A stretch of DNA of 35,189 bases, from NCBI GenBank assembly GCA_964342815.1, contig CAYFHS010000044.1:1-35189 (forward strand), in the 5' to 3' direction. Position 1 is the stretch's first letter, and each line of letters begins with the position of its first letter. The notes beneath the pieces are model-generated. The model had not been told where the DNA came from. It saw nothing but the letters and a program-made list of their open reading frames with translations, and ran no database searches. Below are positions 1 to 7,320 of this stretch, one piece after another. The translations under genes were made by a program, and so were the position numbers. Origin of the DNA: an uncultured archaeon. GTDB taxonomy: Archaea > Thermoplasmatota > Penumbrarchaeia > JASLWR01.

Positions 1-315
1 GTTATGATATAATGACCATTGTTCATAACATAAATCAAAATATCGTCTCATAGTTAATTTCATATGAATATTGATTTTACCTTTCCATTGTTTATCAAAA
101 AAATCTTGGGGTAATATACTAAGTATCTTGGAATATCTTCTTGTATATTCAGAATATATCAATAACCAATTTTGTTTATTAGAGATTTCTAATTGTTCAA
201 TATGTTGTTTGTGTTGTTTTATTAATTGATAAGCCATAAAAAAAAGAGTAATTAAAAGTATAGACGTTTGTATTAGCTGTATAAAATCACTATTTGTCCA
301 ATTTTCGAACATCAT
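1..315 (-). CDS. Partial small membrane protein, DUF4760-like (3' end outside window; absent from ORF track)
   Basis: Hand translation of the minus strand from ATG at 315: MMFENWTNSDFIQLIQTSILLITLFFMAYQLIKQHKQ...IYSEYTRRYSKIL...MRRYFDLCYEQWSLYHN, open to position 1. It has an N-terminal TM helix, the SD-like AGGAGTAAGGTGA directly upstream, and starts 18 nt after the radical SAM stop. The YFDLCxE motif resembles DUF4760-type proteins (recalled, not searched). Confidence 0.7.
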   Translation of the reverse strand, partial: MMFENWTNSDFIQLIQTSILLITLFFMAYQLIKQHKQHIEQLEISNKQNWLLIYSEYTRRYSKILSILPQDFFDKQWKGKINIHMKLTMRRYFDLCYEQWSLYHN

Positions 316-333
316 ATTCACCTTACTCCTAAT

Positions 334-1500
334 CTAAAAACAAGAGGGATACCCTTGAAAAAGATTTTTTTGCATGTTGTAGGTTTCTAATAAACAACCA
401 TATTTGCACTCTTTGTTCATACATTTATTGCATGGATGACCTATAAATCTATCAATGTGTCTTAATTTTATACTATCTTCCTTATTCATGATATCGCCAA
501 TCGCTTCAACCCGGATATTTCCTATCGGAAATTTAATACCTGAACATGGTACAACATTTCCAACGGAGTCAATAAATATTTCATAAAATAAGCCAGAACA
601 TTGTTGGCCACTCATATAGGGAGGAGTCGGTTCCCAATCGAAATTAAATCTCATACGATCTTCTTTCAATATTTTATTGAAAATACTACGTTTTTGATCG
701 AAAGTTACATCCAATTCACTAACAAAATCATGAGCCCGACCTGAATGAGTAAGTACTCCAATATGAGGTATGATATTTCTTTCCCTTGCATAGAAAAAAA
801 TTGTTTCGATTTCATCAATATTTTGCTCACAAATAATACTTTCAATCCCAAGTCTGGAAGGTGATGATTCATTGAATCCAATATTTATGAGATTCTTCAA
901 TCCGTTATATATTTTTTTTGACACCCCTCTTACTCCCGCTAAATTATCCTGTATTTCAGAGTTGAAGCTATTAAGCTTTGTTATTATTGATACATCTTTC
1001 TTAAACAATATTTTTGCAATCCTCTCAGATATTCTAGTCCCATTTGTAAAAAATATAACGTGAATACCTTTTTCATTTGCATAATCAATTATTGGGAATT
1101 TTTTCCCATCAAAGAACTTACTATCCATCATGGTTTCTCCATGACCTGGAATCCTCAATACTTCAACTCCAAGTTCTGAAACTTGGTCGATTATTTTAAA
1201 ATACTCTTTAATAGTTAATTCATTATTCACTACTTTTCCCGAATTTGCATAACAATATTTACATCGAAGGTTACAACTAGCAGAGATAAATATACCTAAT
1301 TGTTTTATCCTCTTTTTTGTAAGACGATATTTGACTTCGTCGCTAATGGAATCGATTTTTATATTCTCAATTTCATCCTTTGATAATTCAAGATTGTTGA
1401 ATAGATAGTCGTAAAGTAAGTTCATTTGTTTTTGTTCATTTATCTTTTCTTCGTTTAACCAACCAGCGAGTAAAGGAGGATTTTTCCAATTTTTTTCCAT
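334..1500 (-). CDS. Radical SAM protein with C-terminal SPASM domain
   Basis: CxxxCxxC motif (SCNLRCKYCY), a GGE-like motif variant (PGHGET) and FTNGT. C-terminal C..(x)n..IDSVGNVVPC..IGNI..CNKCMNKECKYGC (CX2CX4CX3C) plus a terminal Cys, typical of SPASM. Confidence 0.92.
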   Translation of the reverse strand: MEKNWKNPPLLAGWLNEEKINEQKQMNLLYDYLFNNLELSKDEIENIKIDSISDEVKYRLTKKRIKQLGIFISASCNLRCKYCYANSGKVVNNELTIKEYFKIIDQVSELGVEVLRIPGHGETMMDSKFFDGKKFPIIDYANEKGIHVIFFTNGTRISERIAKILFKKDVSIITKLNSFNSEIQDNLAGVRGVSKKIYNGLKNLINIGFNESSPSRLGIESIICEQNIDEIETIFFYARERNIIPHIGVLTHSGRAHDFVSELDVTFDQKRSIFNKILKEDRMRFNFDWEPTPPYMSGQQCSGLFYEIFIDSVGNVVPCSGIKFPIGNIRVEAIGDIMNKEDSIKLRHIDRFIGHPCNKCMNKECKYGCLLETYNMQKNLFQGYPSCF

Positions 1501-1578
1501 AAATATGACTCCATCAGGCTTTCTTTATTGCATTTTCTCATAATTTCTCAAAACGCTTGATAATAATTATCTACACTC

Positions 1579-1908
1579 TTAAATCCTTTCAGACAGAACA
1601 TTTTCAATCTCTTCTTTTACACTTAACAACTTCTCTAATGATTCCCTGACGCTAAAATCTATGATAGTATAATACGTCCCCCGATTTTTACCCCGTAAAT
1701 CTACGGTCTTTACAACAATCCCGATTCTACAGAATTCCATAAGTAAATTTGTAGTTGGAGTAACCTCAAATCCCATTTTTTCAAACTCTTTTGGTCTTAT
1801 ACCACGGTCTAAATTATCAAGATGTAGCAACTTATCGATAATATCCCATCCCCGTTTTCTTTGGAGGAGTTTTAATAGATTGTTAAAAACATAATTTTTT
1901 TGAACCAT
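1579..1908 (-). CDS. Winged helix-turn-helix protein, putative transcriptional regulator
   Basis: 109 aa. Helix-helix-HTH followed by a wing (GIVVKTVDLRGKNRGTYYTI) and a C-terminal helix. Lies first in the minus-strand unit. Confidence 0.55.
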   Translation of the reverse strand: MVQKNYVFNNLLKLLQRKRGWDIIDKLLHLDNLDRGIRPKEFEKMGFEVTPTTNLLMEFCRIGIVVKTVDLRGKNRGTYYTIIDFSVRESLEKLLSVKEEIENVLSERI

Positions 1909-2402
1909 AGATAAGGAATAGATTTATTTCTTTATAATACTATTCCATTATACTTTCTTGCCATAATTGTATATTGGTATAATTATATATATACAATAAA
2001 GCCATCGATTCTAGATAATTAATCGATAGATAAGAGGATAATGTTATTTCATAAGGACTTATACTCATATCGAAAGAATTTGTTAATTATGTAGATTTGA
2101 ATAAACCTGTTGAGCATAATTAATAAATAGTTGTAGACTCTTGAAAAGGACATTTACTAAAAAGCTTTTTTAATAAAAATTTTTACAAATAACTTGCGCA
2201 TATGTATTGGGGAAATCAATTCAAGACTGAAGGTTATTACTTTAATTCATTTTCCAAGTCAGGGCCGATATGATCTCATTCTATAACAAGAGTCAACAGT
2301 GTAATTAATCGTCAGGATATGTCTATGAAAGCTACCATGTAAAGAAAATTGTTCGTCATCTAACCAAACTTTGGTGATCGACTTTTCTTCGAATTTGTGA
2401 CA

Positions 2403-2420
2403 TTATATAAAACCTTTGCG
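2403..2420 (-). promoter_or_regulatory. Candidate archaeal BRE/TATA promoter
   Basis: The minus strand reads CGCAAAGG-TTTTATATAA, a purine-rich BRE next to a TATA box. It lies ~490 nt upstream of the wHTH start, so its target is uncertain. Confidence 0.3.
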
Positions 2421-2699
2421 TCTTAAGGGGTAGGTAGTTTACAAGAATAACATATTTTAAAAGTTGACAAAGATTTATTGATGATAGTTACTATACAAAA
2501 GGGATTACCTTCATCACTCGAATACAAATCTCCAGCTGATTTCGAGGTGTAGTTAACTTTAAATAGACAAGCTTTGCTATCTGTCTACTAAAAGGAGCTA
2601 ACCCAGTAGCTACATGATAAGGATAGGTATCATAATCCCCAAAAGGATTTTAAGCTTTAAATCTATAAGCAAATTAAAATCAAAGAGAAGGAGGCAAAA

Positions 2700-3905
2700 A
2701 TGATGACTTTTGAAAATAATAAACTCATACTCCTTGATACATCATATGTCTCAAATCTACTAAGAAATTCTATCATTTCATTGGATATCCCAATTTATAT
2801 TTTCAACTCAAATATTGAAGAAAAATGGGAATCCAATATGAATATAATTGACGATATAACATTAGCTCATATATTGCAGAAAAATAGCGTCAAAATTTAC
2901 ATGAATTTAGAGAATCCTTTAAATACTTTATCTAAAGCCATACCTAATAGTAGACTTGTTAAATCTATTGATATGTTCAGGGAAAAAAATAAATTTCGGG
3001 AATTAATAAAAGATAGATTTCGAGAATTTTTTTTTACAGAAAAAGATACTTTGAATATCTGTGAAGTCAACGTCACGAAATTTCCATTCCCCTTAATTAT
3101 AAAACCTTCTTATGGTTTCTTTAGTGAGGGAGTATATTTAATATCAAAAATAAGTGAATGGCATTCTATCTCGCAAGAATATGCAGAAAAAATGAGGGAA
3201 ATTGAAAAAGAGCCTTCTAGAACAATAAATACTAAGAAAGTACTCATTGAGGAATATATATCTGGTAAAGAATATGCTGTAGATGCATTTTTTAATTCAA
3301 ATGGAAAACCAATTATCCTGAATATCTTTCTTCATCTTTTTGGTTCAAATGGAGATCTACGTGATGTCGTATATTATACTAATAAAAAAGTAATTCAGAA
3401 AATGTATAAACCCATCCGAGAGCTTCTTCTTTTCATCCATAACCAATTTAAATCCCAAAATCTTATTCTGGAAAATTTCCCCTTACATTTGGAAGTACGA
3501 CTTACCTCTAAAGGAGAAATAATTCCCATTGAGGTAAATCCTATGAGGTTTGCGGGGTGGTGTACAACTGATCTAGCTAAACGGGCTTACGGGATAAATA
3601 CTTATGAATATTTTTTTAAAGATAAGGAGCCCGATTGGGAATCAATTTTAGATCAAAATGAGGATCTAACATATTGTTTTGTGATTGGTCATTTACCTCC
3701 GGATATCAATAAAGATGAGATTTCTATTGATTGGAATAATTATAATAAACAATTTAATGAGGAAGCTGAAATTAGAAAGATAAAATATAAAAAGATAAAC
3801 GATTGTGGAATATTTGCGATTGTGTTCGATACAGTAAAGAACGTTAGTTGCTTAAATAAATATTTAACAATGGACTCTGTACAATTTTTAGAATCAAAAC
3901 ACTGA
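2700..3905 (+). CDS. ATP-grasp domain protein (amino-acid/peptide ligase-like)
   Basis: ATP-grasp motifs LIIKPSYGFFSEGV, VLIEEYISGKEYAVD, HLEVR and IEVNPMRFAGW. SD AAGGAGG precedes the start. Confidence 0.88.
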   Translation: MMTFENNKLILLDTSYVSNLLRNSIISLDIPIYIFNSNIEEKWESNMNIIDDITLAHILQKNSVKIYMNLENPLNTLSKAIPNSRLVKSIDMFREKNKFRELIKDRFREFFFTEKDTLNICEVNVTKFPFPLIIKPSYGFFSEGVYLISKISEWHSISQEYAEKMREIEKEPSRTINTKKVLIEEYISGKEYAVDAFFNSNGKPIILNIFLHLFGSNGDLRDVVYYTNKKVIQKMYKPIRELLLFIHNQFKSQNLILENFPLHLEVRLTSKGEIIPIEVNPMRFAGWCTTDLAKRAYGINTYEYFFKDKEPDWESILDQNEDLTYCFVIGHLPPDINKDEISIDWNNYNKQFNEEAEIRKIKYKKINDCGIFAIVFDTVKNVSCLNKYLTMDSVQFLESKH

Positions 3906-3919
3906 AGGCAGGTATGTAA

Positions 3920-6205
3920 GTGAGAAATTATGGCTATGTTGAAAAAGATTTGATTTATAATGTCTTGGAGGCAGTTGAAAGCTTGATAGATAATAGAGCT
4001 CCTGAAAACTTATACAATAATGAGCATTATTCTTGGGGTAAAAATCTAAAAAATGCAATCTCTTGGAATTATGTGAACGGGATTAGATTGAATCCAATAC
4101 ATTCTATTAGATATTTTGGCCGCCTAAAAAAAAATAAATATGGGACATATTTAATTGATGGTCAATATGATGTAGTTAAGGAAAAGATAAATAAGCAAGA
4201 ATGGAATCTTAAGTTGGGAGAGAACGCTAGAATCAATGTTGAAGTTGAAAATCATTGGAAAATAGAAGCTGACGAAAAGATTTATATAATAAAAGATATT
4301 GCCTCACAACTGAGCATATACGAAATCAGTGATAAGCATAATATCTTTTTTACTGCAAGAGCATTATGGGGACTCTGTACGGCTTATGGTTTTCTCAATG
4401 AGAAATTAAAGAACAAAGTAAACGATTTTTTACACAATGAATTTAATTGGCTTATAGGAATCGGAGAATATATCCGAGAAAAAAACGAAAAATTTTGGTG
4501 CTCAGCGGACACAAAGAATTTCGAACCTGTAAAAACAACATCAGCAGTTCTTTTAGCATTATTATCTTATCTTGATGTACTTAATTCAATTAATAATAAA
4601 GTAACTTTTGGAGGAGAAATAATAAAGAATATTCGTCGTTCTGTTAAAGATAACTCGGTATTTGCATCAAGATGGCTTTGTAAAGTCATGGAAGAAAATA
4701 CGGTAATTCCCTACGAATCAGAAGGGGCGATATATCATATTAAGCAATCTTATGGTTGGACTACAGTACCACGGACTTTGTTAGGTACTGATAAACATTC
4801 GGAAGCAATAGAACGTATGATGAACAAAGAGATGTCTGAAATTCTAGTAAAAGGCTTTCATTGGGGAGTTATTGAGTTTGATTGTCAAGCCACCAAAGAT
4901 GTACTTTTAGCATTTACATTTTTAAAAAGAAAGATTCTTGATAAAACATTTACATTTAGAGATATTACACTAGGAGGTGGAAATCTTAATAAAATGATTG
5001 ATGATCGAATGAGATGGACCTTTCAAGGATTGAAATCAACTCAATGGGAAAATGGCCTTTGGAATAATACTATATGTGCAAACACCTTTGTGATTCTATC
5101 TTTGATATTATCGTCATTTTACCAAAAAGATGAGAAAGAGATTGTGGATTTTTGTAAGTCTTCCATTATAAAATTAGAACTTGATGATTTTGATATTACA
5201 CAGGACATCTGCATTCTAAATGGTTATGTTTGGATAAAATTTATATTAGATGACGACTGGGACATTTATATTAGTTATATGAGAAAATGGTTAAAGGAAT
5301 TTATAGAGGAAGTGAAAAGTTTTAAAACACAATACCGACCTGATTATATAGGTTGGTTTATAGTACCCCAGGTAAACATTTTGAAAGAACTTGATAAAGC
5401 AAATCATATAAATAGAAATTTAGAAGAAGAGTTTGCTCAAAAAGATCAAGTTCTTGCATTACCTCCTAAACCCAAATCGAAATTAATTCCCCAAGATCCG
5501 CAAATTGTTGGTATCGATAATCAGTTCACCATAAGTGATATTTTCCTTATATATGTGGATGGTCGTCTGGTCAAGTCGGTATCCTTTGAGACTCAGCTAC
5601 AGGAGAGCATGGACGAGGACATTATGAGTGGGATGCTTACTGCTATCACGGATTTCGCAAAGGATTCCTTCAAGGAAGATTCCGCTTCGTTGAAATCTTT
5701 CAAGTACGGCAAGATGACCATATATCTGGAGCGGGGAGTGACCATGTATCTCGCGGTCGTGTTCAAGGGAGAACCAGCGGATGACCTGCGTAAGAAAATG
5801 AGGAACACCTTGATAGAGATATGGGCGAAATACAAGATACGCCTGAAAACATGGAATGGCTGCTACGACGGACTAGATGAAATCGGGAGCGACCTAGCGG
5901 AGCACATGGGACTGGAAAGAATAATCAGGGAGAAGGGATGGAGAGAAAACCGCGAATATCAGCCACCCGAAAAGCCGTCTAACGAGAGTAAGGGAGAGGA
6001 CTCCACTATCTTTACAGCTACCGAGGCAGTGATATGCAGAATATGTATGGGCGTTGTGAAAACGGGCCTTGAGATCATGACTTGCTCTTGCGGTAACAAG
6101 CTTCACAGGTCGTGCGGGGAAAGGGTGGAGGAGTGCCCTCGATGCGGGAATAAGTTGCCTTTATCCGATAACGGCTTTGATGATATCGACATAATATCAG
6201 ACTAG
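3920..6205 (+). CDS. Chimeric protein: putative alpha/alpha-barrel (prenyltransferase/terpene-cyclase-repeat-like) N-terminus + longin/roadblock-like domain + C4HC3 zinc finger
   Basis: GTG start 14 nt after the ATP-grasp stop. Helical repeats include a QW-like motif (GLKSTQWENGLWNNTICANTFVILSL). 5522-5911 reads IFLIYVDGRLV...DEDIMSGMLTAITDFAKDSF...YGKMTIYLERG...WNG. 6035-6145 reads CxxC-CxC-HxxC-CxxC. The ORF is certain; the domain calls are inference. Confidence 0.6.
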   Translation: MRNYGYVEKDLIYNVLEAVESLIDNRAPENLYNNEHYSWGKNLKNAISWNYVNGIRLNPIHSIRYFGRLKKNKYGTYLIDGQYDVVKEKINKQEWNLKLGENARINVEVENHWKIEADEKIYIIKDIASQLSIYEISDKHNIFFTARALWGLCTAYGFLNEKLKNKVNDFLHNEFNWLIGIGEYIREKNEKFWCSADTKNFEPVKTTSAVLLALLSYLDVLNSINNKVTFGGEIIKNIRRSVKDNSVFASRWLCKVMEENTVIPYESEGAIYHIKQSYGWTTVPRTLLGTDKHSEAIERMMNKEMSEILVKGFHWGVIEFDCQATKDVLLAFTFLKRKILDKTFTFRDITLGGGNLNKMIDDRMRWTFQGLKSTQWENGLWNNTICANTFVILSLILSSFYQKDEKEIVDFCKSSIIKLELDDFDITQDICILNGYVWIKFILDDDWDIYISYMRKWLKEFIEEVKSFKTQYRPDYIGWFIVPQVNILKELDKANHINRNLEEEFAQKDQVLALPPKPKSKLIPQDPQIVGIDNQFTISDIFLIYVDGRLVKSVSFETQLQESMDEDIMSGMLTAITDFAKDSFKEDSASLKSFKYGKMTIYLERGVTMYLAVVFKGEPADDLRKKMRNTLIEIWAKYKIRLKTWNGCYDGLDEIGSDLAEHMGLERIIREKGWRENREYQPPEKPSNESKGEDSTIFTATEAVICRICMGVVKTGLEIMTCSCGNKLHRSCGERVEECPRCGNKLPLSDNGFDDIDIISD

Positions 6206-6529
6206 TCTATCTAAATTAAGGGATAATTTGAGTAATTGAAATCTCAATTTCCAATAGGAATATTTGTTAAAGTCAATAATTCTCTAGAACAAGAACACTG
6301 AATCACTCTCATATGTATTCGAAAGACTGTTGGCGGTGCTCGAATCATAGGGAAGGCGGCTTGGTCCTCCCCCGCACTCTAATCACCCCCTTGTGTGGAT
6401 TATGTAGTTCCGATCCAGATACGTGCGAAAGACCGCATTCAATGACAAGAGAACTATCCTTGAGCATCAGAAAGAGCTACGGTTGACACAACTTGACAAT
6501 ATATTTCTTCACAGAACGAGTCGGATAAA

Positions 6530-7153
6530 ATGGATTCACTCATCATCGCTGAAGATATAATAAGCTATATCGAGAATTCGGGATTGTGGACAGCCCTGGC
6601 TTTCCTATTCTTCACTGCAATGATCGAGTACGTTTTCCCGCCCTTTCCCGGGGATACGGTAACCCTGTTCGGAGCATTTCTCGCGGGGACGGGTATTTTC
6701 CCGCTGTTTCCAATATTCTTGTCTATCTTTCTCGGGAGTCTTTTAGGGACGCTCATGATCTATATTGCAGGTCAGAAGCTCGGCAGACCCTACTTTCAAA
6801 AAAAGAATTTCAGGTTCTTTCCCGTAGGACGTCTGCGAATCCTCCACGATTGGTACGAGCGGTGGGGAGCATGGCCAATTGCCATTAACCGATTCATCCC
6901 GGCATACCGCTCTCTTTTCATTCTTGCTGCAGGTATTGCCGAGATGAACGTCTGGAAGGTTATGCTGTTCAGTTCAGTAAGTATTTTGTTATGGAACGGA
7001 ATTATAATGTACGTTGGGTGGCAGATCGGGAGCAATTGGGATTATTTACTGGAAATATTCAAGGTATATACAATTGCCGTGATCATCGCCATTACAACGC
7101 TGATACTTGTTTATTTGCTTGTGCGAAAATATCGTAAAAAGAAGGAACGTTAG
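6530..7153 (+). CDS. dedA: DedA family membrane protein (VTT/SNARE-associated domain)
   Basis: EYVFPPFPGDTVTLFGAFLAG, the re-entrant helix pattern and RFIPAYRSLFILAAG match the DedA signature. Ends in a basic tail. Confidence 0.9.
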   Translation: MDSLIIAEDIISYIENSGLWTALAFLFFTAMIEYVFPPFPGDTVTLFGAFLAGTGIFPLFPIFLSIFLGSLLGTLMIYIAGQKLGRPYFQKKNFRFFPVGRLRILHDWYERWGAWPIAINRFIPAYRSLFILAAGIAEMNVWKVMLFSSVSILLWNGIIMYVGWQIGSNWDYLLEIFKVYTIAVIIAITTLILVYLLVRKYRKKKER

Positions 7154-7320
7154 TTATATTGAAGGGGCAATTGACCGCTACGTTATCTCGTAGGATTTAC
7201 CAATTAAAAAACAGCGACATCTATTTATTCTAACGTATCCTTTCATAATGGATTATAGCGACTTATTATCTTTGTTGGTGTAACACCAGAATTAAAACCT
7301 ATCAAGCAGGAGGATAATCT

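Noticed and set aside
1909-2699. RiPP precursor peptide for the SPASM and ATP-grasp enzymes
   Set aside because: I found only very short ORFs (under ~20 codons), with no Cys-rich or repeated core motif.
1-6300. Integrative element or prophage call for the low-GC block
   Set aside because: No integrase, transposase, att-like repeat or tRNA target is visible. Only composition suggests foreign origin.
6325-6470. Firm call of a cobalamin riboswitch or tRNA
   Set aside because: The P4 T-loop and P5 elements are absent and there is no cloverleaf or TTCGA T-arm. Kept only as a candidate structured RNA.
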